Of a stretch of 64,000 nucleotides of DNA, positions 20,179 to 30,092 are shown in pieces. The notes beneath the pieces are model-generated. The model saw nothing but the letters and a program-made list of their open reading frames with translations. It had not been told where the DNA came from and did not search any database. The stretch comes from a candidate division WOR-3 bacterium (GTDB lineage: Bacteria > Hydrothermota > Tepidihabitantia > Tepidihabitantales > Tepidihabitantaceae), in contig CBFGKH010000006.1 of assembly GCA_965649295.1 (NCBI GenBank), forward strand, positions 32,001-96,000. The letters are read 5' to 3'. The translations under genes were made by a program, and so were the position numbers. Each line of letters begins with the position of its first letter. Positions within the stretch are counted from its first letter, which is position 1.

Positions 20179-21225
20179 ATGAAGAAGCTGTCCGTAGTAG
20201 CAATGCTCCTCGCAGCAGCGACGCTCGGCCTGGCGTTTGACCGCGTCGTCGTCATCGAGGAAGCATACCAAGAGGACTGAGGCACTTGCGTCGCTGCCAG
20301 TTCGGCAGTTGACCAGATCTGTTTCAACAATCCTGAGCGCGTCGCCGCCGTGCAGTGGCATGTCGACGCTGGTTACCCACAGTATTGCGCCGAGGCGCGC
20401 GCCAAGTGGTACCAGTATCCGCCGCCCTACAACGGCAGCTACGCCACACCCTGGGCCTGGATTGACGGCAAGAGCCGCGGTTACACCTACACCCAGTGGG
20501 CAAGCTACGTTACCTCACGGCTGGCAGTGCCCACCGACATCAGACTTGACCTGTCCGGCGAGTACAACCCAGCCACCCGAACCGGTACCCTTGTCGCGGT
20601 GATGTTCAACAGCGGAATGATGCCGCTCAACGCGGCCCTGCAAGTGGCAATCACCGAGGACAGTATCAACTATACCGGTCCCAACGGCGACCCTTGGCAT
20701 AACCACGTCTGCCGCGACTACGTGCCCGACCAGAACGGTTCACCGGTCTTGATTCCGTCGGGCGGCTATGACACGGTCACCGTCAGCTACACATTGAGCG
20801 CGGGCTGGCGCGAGCGGTTTGTCAAAATCGTCGCCTATGTCCAGAGCACCACTACCCAGCCCGACTCGTCCCGTCCGGTCTATCAGGGAGCCAGCGCGCC
20901 AGTGCTCTCCTTTGTCGGCGTTGCCGAACCGCGCATCCCAGACTCTTTCTACGACAACCTGACCGTGACTGCGGGGCCAAACCCGTGCCCGACCAGTGCC
21001 GAGTTTTGCTTCACCGGCCGGCCAGGCCAGAGCTACCGCCTGACCATCTTCGCTCCCGACGGCAGCCGGGTGCGCGAGTTCACCGGCACAATCACCACCG
21101 GGCAGAACAAGCTCAACTGGGACAGAACCGATACCCACGGTCGCAAGGTCAGCCGCGGCATCTATGGCTACCGGCTGGCTGCAACCGGCTGCGCCGCCAC
21201 TGGCAAACTAGTCATTACCGACTAG
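20179..21225 (+). CDS. Predicted selenoprotein: secreted Omp28-like protein with FlgD/T9SS-like tail, 348 aa, Sec34 (UGTC)
   Basis: SD AAGGAG and ATG 20179; signal peptide, then RVVVIEEAYQED-TGA(20278-80)-GTC in frame with ORF 20350-21225. TPWAWIDG cis-Pro motif and HNHVCR; hairpin GCTGCC-AGTTC-GGCAGT. Confidence 0.88.
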
Positions 21226-21255
21226 TCTCGACCCTCACTTCTTGCGGGGCAGGCT
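20903..21255 (+). repeat. Copy 1 of a 353-bp near-identical repeat (C-terminal domain plus start of terminator)
   Basis: Aligns ungapped to 22117-22469 with 11 mismatches by my manual count. Confidence 0.9.
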
Positions 21256-21392
21256 GATGCCTGCCCCGCTGCCATTGGTCAGGATAAGGATTAGCCAGTG
21301 TTGATTGACTGAGTGCCGGCATAGCCTAGAATAGAACCTGCTACGTTAAGGTGCTGTCCCGCACCAACGGACAAACTGTCAGGAGGCTTGGC

Positions 21393-22439
21393 ATGAAAAG
21401 ACCGTCCGCAATCATCGCGCTGCTCGCTGTCGCGACGCTGGCCGCCGCGTTTGACCGCGTCGTCGTCATCGAGGAAGCATACTGGGAAGGATGACCTACC
21501 TGTCCGGCTTCCAGCCGTGCGCTGGACCAGATAGCAATAGACTATGCCGGCTACGTCGCTGCGATCGAGTGGCACGGCGTATCCGGATATCCGTTATACT
21601 CGCCTGAGGCGCGGAATAAGTGGCGTCAGTACCCACCAACCGCACCACCCAACTCCTACTACACACCTTGGGCCTGGATTGATGGCGTGAGCCGCGGCTC
21701 TGCCTACAATAGTTGGAGCGGTTATGTGAGCCAACGCATCCTCGTCCCGAGCGACATCCGCATGACCACCACCGGCACCTACAACCCCAGTACCCGCCAA
21801 GGCACTATCACCGTCGTCCTGTTCAACAGCGGAATGATGCCGCTCGACGCGGTGCTGCATCTGGCGATTACCGAAGACAGCCTGTACTACGCCGCCCCGA
21901 ACGGCGACCAGTGGCACAATCACGTCCTGCGCGACTACGTGCCGACTGAGACCGGCACCCCGGTTTCGGTTCCGTCCGGCGGCTACGATACGGTAACACT
22001 CAGTTACACAATCGGTGCCGGCTGGGTAGAACGGATGTGTGCGCTCGTCACCTATGTCCAGGGTCCACTACAGCCCGACTCGTCGCGGCCAGTATATCAA
22101 GGTGGCGTGGCACCGCTGCTCTCCTTTGTCGGTGTTGCCGAGCCGCGCATCCCAGACTCTTTCTACGACAACCTGACCGTGACTGCAGGGCCGAACCCGT
22201 GCCCGACCAGTGCCGAGTTCTGCTTCACCGGCCGGCCAGGCCAGAGCTACCGCCTGACCATCTTCGCTCCCGACGGCAGCCGGGTGCGCGAGTTCACCGG
22301 CACAATCACCACCGGGCAGAACAAGCTCAACTGGGACAGAACCGATGCCCACGGTCGCAAGGTCAGCCGCGGCATCTACGGCTACCGGCTGGCTGGAACC
22401 GGCTGCGCCGCCACTGGCAAACTGGTCATTACCGACTAG
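21393..22439 (+). CDS. Predicted selenoprotein: paralogous secreted Omp28-like protein, 348 aa, Sec34 (UPTC)
   Basis: SD AGGAGG and ATG 21393; RVVVIEEAYWEG-TGA(21492-4)-PTC in frame with ORF 21687-22439; hairpin TCCAGC-CGTGC-GCTGGA. Confidence 0.88.
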
Positions 22440-22469
22440 TCTCGACCCTTGCTTCTTGCGGGGCAGGCT
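22117..22469 (+). repeat. Copy 2 of the 353-bp repeat
   Basis: See 20903-21255; offset is 1214 bp. Confidence 0.9.
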
Positions 22470-22559
22470 CCGTCCTGCCCCGCTTACTGTCCATTGACAG
22501 CTACCGGCCGACTGCTATATTCAGCCGCAGAACCGAACCCAACCAAGGAGACAAGAACA

Positions 22560-23324
22560 ATGAGACGTTTTCTGAGCATAGTTGCTCTGTCAGCGCTAGT
22601 CCTGTTCGGCTGCGGCAAGACAACCGTCGGCAAGGGCCGGATTGTTGACGTGCCGCCAATTCCTGACGGCGAGCTGAACCGCTACCAGATGTTCCTCAAC
22701 GGTGAGCCGAACGGCCAGTTCGAAATGATTGCCCGGCACGATATATTCAAGGAACGACCGGCCTGGCGTCTGGACATCGTGGCTCGCACCGCTGCTGCCG
22801 GCCTACAGACGACTGACTCCTCAGTAGTCTATGTCACCCGCGACAGTCTGGTGCCACTTTCGAGCTTCCGGTTCGTGCGAACCGGCAATGCCCTGATTGC
22901 GACCGCTGCTAACTACGTGGCCGAAGGCGTGGCAGTTACCACTTGGGCGGCCGGCGAGGAGAAACAAAGAATGCTGCCTCGCACCGGCTGGAGCTACGAC
23001 ACCGACCAGCTCACATTCCTGTGCCGAGCTTTGCGTATCTCGGCTGACAGGCCGGTGAGCATTCAGGTCGTAAGTCCAATGGGTCCACCTTCGGGCGGCA
23101 TCGTCTTCGAAGGAAGAATTGGTGCTCTCGCTGACCAGACTATTACCGTTCCCGCCGGGACGTTCGACTGCAACCGGGTAGTGATGAATATCGGCCCGCA
23201 CGTAGTTCAGGTCTGGTACGAAAAGACCGGTGCGCGGCGAATGATCCGCTACGAACAGCCCGGTACCGGCATAACAATTGAGCTAGTCTCGACCGAACGT
23301 TATGTCGAAGAAAGCAATTCCTGA
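22560..23324 (+). CDS. Lipoprotein, DUF3108-like
   Basis: Lipobox LFGC after ATG 22560; ITVPAGTFDC motif. Confidence 0.7.
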   Translation: MRRFLSIVALSALVLFGCGKTTVGKGRIVDVPPIPDGELNRYQMFLNGEPNGQFEMIARHDIFKERPAWRLDIVARTAAAGLQTTDSSVVYVTRDSLVPLSSFRFVRTGNALIATAANYVAEGVAVTTWAAGEEKQRMLPRTGWSYDTDQLTFLCRALRISADRPVSIQVVSPMGPPSGGIVFEGRIGALADQTITVPAGTFDCNRVVMNIGPHVVQVWYEKTGARRMIRYEQPGTGITIELVSTERYVEESNS

Positions 23325-23676
23325 CCAGACATAACCTTCCGATTACTGATGTCGCAGCGGCAGCCAACCTGCCCATCTGTCGCCTCGACACAATCGCCAT
23401 CTAGACGCATACCGACATAAGCCTAGCAAATACGTAACTTGTAATCCGACACGACTACTGCGCCACCATCACAATAGCACTGGCGACCGGCCTCGTTGGC
23501 GCGACAAGACAACGTCGCAGCTCCTATCACTCGTAACAACGTAAGTTAGATAGCAAGACCCGCGACAACCCCAGCCGCGACACCTTGCGCACACCAATCA
23601 TGACTTTCACCGCCATAATTCATATCCTAATTGAAATACAAACACTTAGCTCCCAATTTGCCAGCAACAATCGGCT

Positions 23677-23692
23677 TGGCACGGATAGTGCA
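23677..23692 (+). promoter_or_regulatory. Sigma54-like (-24/-12) promoter
   Basis: TGGCACG-GATA-GTGCA with GG-N10-GC spacing; IHF-like CAA-N4-TTA site just upstream at about 23639-23648. Confidence 0.55.
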
Positions 23693-23702
23693 CAATAAGT
23701 TG

Positions 23703-24071
23703 CGCATGACGGCTAATGGCTACACAGGACATTTCCTCGCCTCACCTCCGGCGAGCAGCGGTTTGCCATTGTCCCCGTCGAGATGGGCCTTAAGCTTCCG
23801 GGTTGGCTCCTGCCTTGGTCTCCAAATCACCGCAGATCCTAACGGTCTACAAAGCCTCAGCACGTCATTATGTAGCCTCCTTGCCAGCCCGGAAGCTGAC
23901 AATTCTGAGGGTCGGAGCAGTTCTCACTCTCTGCCCTGTGCAGTCACCCCTCAACACCGGACCGAAGCCATGTTACACCCCATCGGCCCGTGCCCCCTGA
24001 CCGCACAGACTTACTGAACCTGCACCGACCTGACAGCTGAAGGTGCCGCCGCGAGCGGCACCTTCCCTTTT
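23703..24071 (+). ncRNA. Candidate structured RNA of about 370 nt, unassigned
   Basis: Lies between the sigma54-like promoter and the terminator GAAGGTGCCGC-CGCGA-GCGGCACCTTC-CCTTTT; contains a 15-bp stem 23793-23807/23883-23897. Confidence 0.35.
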
Positions 24072-24112
24072 CTCCCAGTACTTGCTGCTGGCCATAACGC
24101 TGTTCTCTAGAG

Positions 24113-24264
24113 AAAAGACGCCCTGACTCACGCCAGGGCGTCACCAAAGGAGGTCGATGGCTCCTGAGTACTTGCCGCCGAAATCGCGGGAACGGCCGGG
24201 CGGGACCCATCTGTCGGCCGGCCCAAGTTGATCGTTGGTCTGACCACTACTGGTCAGTGCCAAC
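24113..24264 (-). ncRNA. Candidate sRNA of about 150 nt, unassigned
   Basis: TTGACA(24299-94)-N18-TATGAT(24275-70); 5' hairpin CGTTGG-CA-CTGACCA-GTAG-TGGTCAG-A-CCAACG; terminator GACGCCCTGGC-GTGA-GTCAGGGCGTC-TTTT. Confidence 0.45.
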
Positions 24265-24743
24265 GAGAAATCATATAGAACCGCACTAGGCCGTGTCAAG
24301 CGATTCACACGATGGCATTACTCATTGATAAACCGAATATTAGACAACGCTGACACTTGTCATATGTCTTCGCAATTACTACTGTCCTCGTAGGTCACTG
24401 TTCTTCATCCGGTTAGAGCCATAGCCCCCTGCGAGATCGGACGCAAACGGGCCTTTCTGATTGTAATATACTGACAGACAATATCTTACAGTTTATGGCC
24501 GCTCTTCATCGCTAACTGCGCAGTATGCTAGCCTCATCCGGGCAACGACATTCTGATCGGCCTGTTGTGGCATGGCCGCCTACGACCATCACCAAATCGA
24601 GAATCTCTCCCGCCAATCACCCATGGGTCAGCCGACCGCCTCATAGCAACCCTGCTTGGTTGGGCGCTTCTGAAGAATACCTGTTTCCAGCCGGGCTGCT
24701 GCGGGCTGTTGCCAAGAGTTTATCTGGCTTGTAGAATGGAACC

Positions 24744-25292
24744 GTGAAGGCGGCGCAGTATTCAGTCATAGCCTTCCCGAAGCTCGATAACGAAACGCAG
24801 CTTCAGCGTTTACGCGAGAAGTTCGGCTCATGGTCCTATGACCTGCGGCCCTATCTTACTATTGTCCCACCCTTCACGCCCCTGACATTGGACGAGCTGC
24901 AGCACATCACCGAACACATCAGCGCGGTACGCAAGAAGTTGCATCCTTTTGCAGTCAGCTTCAGCGAATGTGTGGCGGCCAAGGAAGCAATACTCCTCAT
25001 TGTCGCCGAAGGCCGGGAACGGATTACCGAACTGGTGCGAGCAGTTCACGGCAGCGAGGCGCTGACGATTGCCGGTATCCCTGAGCAGGAACCGGCACTT
25101 TGGCTGGGCAGGGTGGGCGACCCGAGACAGCTCGCTACCGCCGTTGCCGAGGTGAATCGCCTGCGCCGAACTATCGGCATCGTTGATTCTCTCTCGTTTG
25201 TTCGCGGTGCGGCCGACGACTCGATGCGGCTGGTACTGACAATGCCGTTTGGTATTGGCCGGGTTGATTATCACGAGCGCTTTCCAGCCTAG
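24744..25292 (+). CDS. 2H-phosphoesterase (2'-5' RNA ligase/YjcG-like) fold protein with degenerate active site
   Basis: LRPYLTIVPPF and EPALWLGR lie where the two PHxT motifs normally are. Confidence 0.65.
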   Translation: MKAAQYSVIAFPKLDNETQLQRLREKFGSWSYDLRPYLTIVPPFTPLTLDELQHITEHISAVRKKLHPFAVSFSECVAAKEAILLIVAEGRERITELVRAVHGSEALTIAGIPEQEPALWLGRVGDPRQLATAVAEVNRLRRTIGIVDSLSFVRGAADDSMRLVLTMPFGIGRVDYHERFPA

Positions 25293-25430
25293 CCAACCAA
25301 TCGTTGTTCGGCCACGTCCTAATTGCCAGCCGAGCGAGCGGGCTTGACCCGATTGCTAGTGACCTTCTATAATCTTTGAGTTGAGTATGGTTTTGACCGC
25401 AGAGCATTGAACCAAAGGAGCTGGCCAACA

Positions 25431-26078
25431 ATGCGTTTCTTCTTTCCATTGGTCCTGCTGGCCGGACTTGCCCTGGGCCAGAGCAAAGAACTACCGGTGA
25501 TGCCCTATGACTCGCTGATGGAGGACCGGGTTTCGATTGACGGCTATGTTGACCGCGAGGAGAATGAATACCCGGCCTCCTTCTACGACAAGGCGAGCGG
25601 CCTGACCGTCAGCTGGGGATTTGACGACTCGCTGGTCTATGTTGCGCTCGAGACCAAGGGCAAAGGCTGGTTTGCCATCGGGTTCGGCTCACCGAAGATG
25701 CACGAGTCGAACATGGTCATCGGCTACTACTCCGACGATTCGTCGGATGTCCGCAACCAATACGGCGTCGGCTACGGCCACTCCGACATCGTGCTACCAG
25801 ACACTTTCGACTTCGAGGCCGAAATTGACCGCGACGAGGAGACCGGCGTGACAGCGCTGGAGTTCTGCTATCCACTGAACTGGCCAGTGAAAGAAGGACT
25901 GGCTGTTGCCGGCTTTGCTCCGGGCGATGTCTTCGACATGATTCTGGCCCAAAATACAAAGTCAATATCCTTCACCGCGCCCCATACCCATAAGTCGGCA
26001 CTAAAGTTCCGCATGGCACCGATTCCGCCCAAGCCTGCTCCCGACAAAGGCACGAACCAGTCACCGGACAAGAAGTAG
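25431..26078 (+). CDS. Secreted DOMON-domain protein
   Basis: Signal peptide; GWFAIGFGSPKMHESNMVIG and a C-terminal H. Confidence 0.75.
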   Translation: MRFFFPLVLLAGLALGQSKELPVMPYDSLMEDRVSIDGYVDREENEYPASFYDKASGLTVSWGFDDSLVYVALETKGKGWFAIGFGSPKMHESNMVIGYYSDDSSDVRNQYGVGYGHSDIVLPDTFDFEAEIDRDEETGVTALEFCYPLNWPVKEGLAVAGFAPGDVFDMILAQNTKSISFTAPHTHKSALKFRMAPIPPKPAPDKGTNQSPDKK

Positions 26079-26144
26079 CGGCACCGGGCCGGGTTATCGC
26101 CTGGGATTGACTTCGGGAGCCTGACGGCTATTGTCTCACTCGTT

Positions 26145-27467
26145 ATGAGGATTCCACTGATTGCGCTGCTAGTTGGTCTGCTACTCACCGGCTGCGACGA
26201 GAGCCAGCGACCGGTTGCAACTGTCAACGGCGAGGTGATAACCGCTGCCGCACTGGCCCGACGGCTGCCGCCCAACCTCGACACTACGGCCAAGGCCGAA
26301 AGCATCAAGCTCGCGACCCTCAACAGCCTGATTGACAAACGGCTGCTCATTCAGGAAGCGCTCCGCCGCGGACTGGAGAAGAATATCGAGCATCAGCTCG
26401 AACTGGACAAGAAGTTTCTGGTCTTGCAGCGGCTGTATGATGCCGTTACCGAGGCTGCTGGTCGGCCCACTGACGCCCAATTGCGCGAGGCCTATGAACT
26501 GCTGAAGACCGAAGCCCACCTGCGCCTGATTACTGTCGCGACTGAGTCGCTGGCCAAGCTGGTCAGTGCCGAGCTGGCAGCCGGCGCACCGTTTGAGTCG
26601 CTGGCCGCGCGCTATTCGTCGCATCCGTCCGCTGCCAATGGTGGCGACATCGGCTTCGTATCGCCGTTCTATCTCGATGAACAGTTGTGGGGTCTTGTCG
26701 GCAAACTGAAGGACGGCGAGCAGACCCAACCGGTGAAGGTAGCCGACGGCTGGCAAATAGTTAAAGTGCTCGAACGGCGCCAGGCCAGTCCGGCACCGCC
26801 GAGCCTCGATGACAAGGATTTCCGGGAACAGCTACGTGCCCGACTGGCCCAACAGCGTCGCCGGGCAGTAGCTGAGAAGTATCTGGCCGACATGCGGGCC
26901 CGGATAACCTATAACGAGCCGGGCGTGCAGATTCTGATGTTCCGGCCGGTGGATTCACTCAGTGAGGAAGAGAAAGCGGTGCCGGTTGCCATTAAGGACG
27001 GCAAGAAGTATGTCAAAGTCGAACGGCTGCTCCGCGTGGCCCGCGGGTTTCCGGTCCAGCTCGATACGGCGCTGAAACGGTATGCCATCCGCCGAGAGAT
27101 TGAAGAAGACCTGATGTATGAGGACGGGCTCAAACGGGGCCTCGACAAGCTGCCGCGCGTCGCTGCCGAACTGGCCGAGCGCCGCGACGACCTGCTCTAT
27201 CAACTGGTCTATCAGCAGGAAGTGGCCGATCGGGCCTGCGTGACCGATGAGGAAATCCGTCAGTACTACGATGCCAACCGGCAGAAGTATGTCGAGCCGG
27301 ACTTTGAACGCCTGAAGAGCCTGATTCGTAACGAGCTCGAATGCGAGCGAGTCACCGCCCGGCAAAAAGAGTATTTTGCCGAACTGCGGAATCAGGCAAA
27401 GATTACAATTGATGAGAAAGTGCTGCGGTCGGTACGACCGGCGCCGCGCGAGAAGTGGCCGCGCTAG
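26145..27467 (+). CDS. Parvulin-type peptidyl-prolyl isomerase lipoprotein
   Basis: Lipobox LTGC; VATVNGEVIT and FESLAARYSSHPSAANGGDIG. Confidence 0.85.
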   Translation: MRIPLIALLVGLLLTGCDESQRPVATVNGEVITAAALARRLPPNLDTTAKAESIKLATLNSLIDKRLLIQEALRRGLEKNIEHQLELDKKFLVLQRLYDAVTEAAGRPTDAQLREAYELLKTEAHLRLITVATESLAKLVSAELAAGAPFESLAARYSSHPSAANGGDIGFVSPFYLDEQLWGLVGKLKDGEQTQPVKVADGWQIVKVLERRQASPAPPSLDDKDFREQLRARLAQQRRRAVAEKYLADMRARITYNEPGVQILMFRPVDSLSEEEKAVPVAIKDGKKYVKVERLLRVARGFPVQLDTALKRYAIRREIEEDLMYEDGLKRGLDKLPRVAAELAERRDDLLYQLVYQQEVADRACVTDEEIRQYYDANRQKYVEPDFERLKSLIRNELECERVTARQKEYFAELRNQAKITIDEKVLRSVRPAPREKWPR

Positions 27468-27503
27468 CTACAAGCCGGCGCCGAAGCCGAAATTGAGGAG
27501 TCA

Positions 27504-28346
27504 ATGATGATTAGAAAACTGCTGCCCGTGATGCTGATACTCGCTCTGACGGTTGGCTGTGAGAAACAGCCAAAGCCGGCCTTCACCGGCCCGGTGATTG
27601 CCACCGTCAACGGCGACAAGCTGACCAAGACCGAACTCGACAGTCTCGCGCCCGAAGGATTCGAGTTCAACCGGCAGAACCTCGAACAGATTCTCGACAA
27701 GTGGGTCTCGAATTCGCTGATGTATCAGGAGGCCGTGCGCCGCGGCATTGACAAGGAGCCGCAGGTTCGAGCCCATCTGCGCCGGCTCGAACGCGACTAT
27801 CTTGTAAACGAGCTGCTTGACCGACTGACCGCCCAGGTGACGGTCGGACCGGATGAACTGATGCAGTATTACACCGAGCACCGCGACGAGTTCACCTATG
27901 AAGTGAAGATAATGCGCATCATCTTGCCCGACTCCCTGACCGCGGCCCAGACATTGGCCGAATTGCGTGCCGGCGCTGATTTCAAGAAGCTAGCCAAGGA
28001 ACGCTCTCAGGACATCCTGCTGCCGGCTGGGCAGGAATCCAAGTACTTCTCGCGTTCGGTCGGTGACCCGCGGATGGGCGGCGACCCAACCCTCGAGGAA
28101 GCAATCTTTGCGCTGAAGCCCGGCGAGATTTCTGACGTCATTCCGACCCAGGAAGGCTACCAGATAGTCAAGCTGGTGGACAAGAAGAAGACCCGCGCCG
28201 ATGTCACGTTCGCCGAGCAGAAAGATTACATTCAGGCGATCCTCTCCTACCGCAAGAGTCAGGCCATGGTGGACAGCGTGCTAGCGAGCCTGCGGGCCAA
28301 GGCCAAGATTGAACTCAACCCCGACGCGTTCTTCGAAAAGAAGTAG
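27504..28346 (+). CDS. Parvulin-type PPIase lipoprotein (PrsA-like)
   Basis: Lipobox TVGC; FKKLAKERSQD and GEISDVIPTQEGYQIVK. Confidence 0.85.
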   Translation: MMIRKLLPVMLILALTVGCEKQPKPAFTGPVIATVNGDKLTKTELDSLAPEGFEFNRQNLEQILDKWVSNSLMYQEAVRRGIDKEPQVRAHLRRLERDYLVNELLDRLTAQVTVGPDELMQYYTEHRDEFTYEVKIMRIILPDSLTAAQTLAELRAGADFKKLAKERSQDILLPAGQESKYFSRSVGDPRMGGDPTLEEAIFALKPGEISDVIPTQEGYQIVKLVDKKKTRADVTFAEQKDYIQAILSYRKSQAMVDSVLASLRAKAKIELNPDAFFEKK

Positions 28347-28391
28347 CCAAACGAGCAGGAGAACCACTAAGAGCGCGAAGGCAGAACGGCG

Positions 28392-29678
28392 ATGAGACCC
28401 TTCCGGCTGGCACTGGTGATGCTTGGTCTGCTTGGTGCCTTGGTGGTAAGCCTGACCCAAGCCGCCAGCAGCGCCGACAGCATCGTTGCGGTCGTCGGTG
28501 ACCGCATCATCCTCGAAAGTGAGGTCCGGCTAGCCGCCGACTTTCTCCGGCTGGCCAGCCCAGACACCGGCCTTACCGACGCCGCCATCCGCGCCGCGGT
28601 GATTCAGCGGATGATAGATGACTTCGTGCTCGGCTTTCAGGCTGAGCAGGAGTCAATCACCGTCGAGCCAAGCGAGGTCGCCGAGGAGGTCGCTGTCAGT
28701 ATCGAGCAGGTCATTGAGCGCTTCGGCGACGAGGAGAGCTATCGGGCTGCCCTTGCCGCCGAAGGACTGACCGAGAAGGTTTTGCGCCAACGTTACGAGG
28801 AGGAGGCTCGGCGCAAGCTTCTCGCGCGCCGACTCCTCGACAAGGCCGGTCTGACCCAAATCTACATCTCACCGGGCGAAGTTGAACGGTTCTACAACGA
28901 GAACAAGGATTCGATTGCCCGGGTGCCGGGTCAGGCCGTGCTCGCCCATATGCTCTTCATTCCCCGACCGCCTGCCCAGGTTGAGTCTGCCGGCATGCGC
29001 CGGATGACCGAGATAATGGACGTCCTCGCGCGCGGCGGCGACTTCGCCACTGTCGCCAGTTCTTTTTCTGAAGACCGAGCCACTGCCAGCCGCGGCGGCG
29101 ACTGGGACTGGAAAGGGCTGACCGACCTGCCGCCCGATATCGCCACGGTCGCCAGTCAGCTAGCACCCGGTCAGACCGCTCCACCGTTCCGCACCCGCGA
29201 CGGCTTCATCCTGCTGCGGCTCGAAGAGAAGCGGGGCGAACGGCTCCGACTGCGCTCAATACTAGTCCGGCTGCCAGTGACACGGGCCGACAGCCTGCGC
29301 GCACGGGAACGGGCTCTGGAGGTACGGCGCAAACTACTCGCGGGCGCATCGTTCGACTCACTCGCCCGGTTATACAGCGAAGACCCGAGCACTGCCGACT
29401 CCGGCGGGTTTCTCGGCTGCTTCATGATTGATGGCCTGAGCGAACCGTTCCGGACCGTTGTCAGCCAGATGCAGACCGGCGATGTAAGCGAACCTGTCCT
29501 CTCTGAGCACGGCTATCATCTGGTCAAGGCAATTGTCCTGCAGCCGGAACGCGAGATGTCATACCTTGAGATGCAGGACGAGCTGCGCAACTACCTCTAC
29601 CAGCAGAAACTAAGCCAACGTTTACAGGAATACCTAGGCCGCATCAGCAAGAAGGTCTTCATCCGACGCTACGGCTAA
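28392..29678 (+). CDS. surA: SurA-like chaperone with two parvulin domains
   Basis: DSIVAVVGDRIILESEV N-domain and two F..(L/V)A..(F/Y)SED..(T/S)...GG motifs. Confidence 0.8.
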   Translation: MRPFRLALVMLGLLGALVVSLTQAASSADSIVAVVGDRIILESEVRLAADFLRLASPDTGLTDAAIRAAVIQRMIDDFVLGFQAEQESITVEPSEVAEEVAVSIEQVIERFGDEESYRAALAAEGLTEKVLRQRYEEEARRKLLARRLLDKAGLTQIYISPGEVERFYNENKDSIARVPGQAVLAHMLFIPRPPAQVESAGMRRMTEIMDVLARGGDFATVASSFSEDRATASRGGDWDWKGLTDLPPDIATVASQLAPGQTAPPFRTRDGFILLRLEEKRGERLRLRSILVRLPVTRADSLRARERALEVRRKLLAGASFDSLARLYSEDPSTADSGGFLGCFMIDGLSEPFRTVVSQMQTGDVSEPVLSEHGYHLVKAIVLQPEREMSYLEMQDELRNYLYQQKLSQRLQEYLGRISKKVFIRRYG

Positions 29679-30044
29679 GGCCCTGCCCGCGACATCGGCC
29701 CAAAGGGCTCGGGTAGCCGATTCCGAATCACCTAAGAAAACCCAGCCGGCAAGTCCACCGCAAGCTCAACCACAAAGAGCCTAAGTCATCTTACCAAAGA
29801 CCCATCACCAAACTCTGCGCTAGACCCAGCCCGAGACCGACCGTAGAAGAGCCGCTGAAACTGAACCGGAAAGAGCCTGTCAGGCCGACCCAAGAGCCAC
29901 ATCGTCAGCAGTTCTGGGGACGACTCCCGGGACAGTCCCGGGGATGGGGTGCGAAAAGTGTCCTTATCGCGTAAATATCTTCAACATCAGACGATACACA
30001 GAAATCCACCACTGGCGGCTGTGTACTTTGAAGTACACAAACTG

Positions 30045-30073
30045 CCGGCGGCGGGACAACTGCCCGCCGCCGG
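30045..30073. terminator. Hairpin between convergent genes
   Basis: CCGGCGGCGGG-ACAACTG-CCCGCCGCCGG. Confidence 0.6.
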
Positions 30074-30092
30074 AATTGCCGAACGGTCGAAT

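Noticed and set aside
20903..22469. Near-identical repeats as a DGR template/variable pair
   Set aside because: Mismatches are few, mostly synonymous and not adenine-specific, and no reverse transcriptase is nearby.
23715..23770. RNase P-like CGCTGCTCGCC...GGCGAGGAAATGTCC on the - strand
   Set aside because: Not the exact GAGGAAAGUCC, and none of the downstream conserved RNase P regions follow.
23839..23882. Minus-strand mini-ORF AAGGAGG-N7-ATG ACG TGC TGA GGC TTT GTA GAC CGT TAG (MTC-U-GFVDR)
   Set aside because: Only nine residues, a weak hairpin with the loop G closer than in the five real cases, and no unterminated promoter. The SD may simply be the complement of a CCUCC motif in the + strand RNA.
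26145..29678. Triple PPIase/SurA cluster as a novelty
   Set aside because: Ordinary periplasmic chaperone arrangement in FCB-type genomes.
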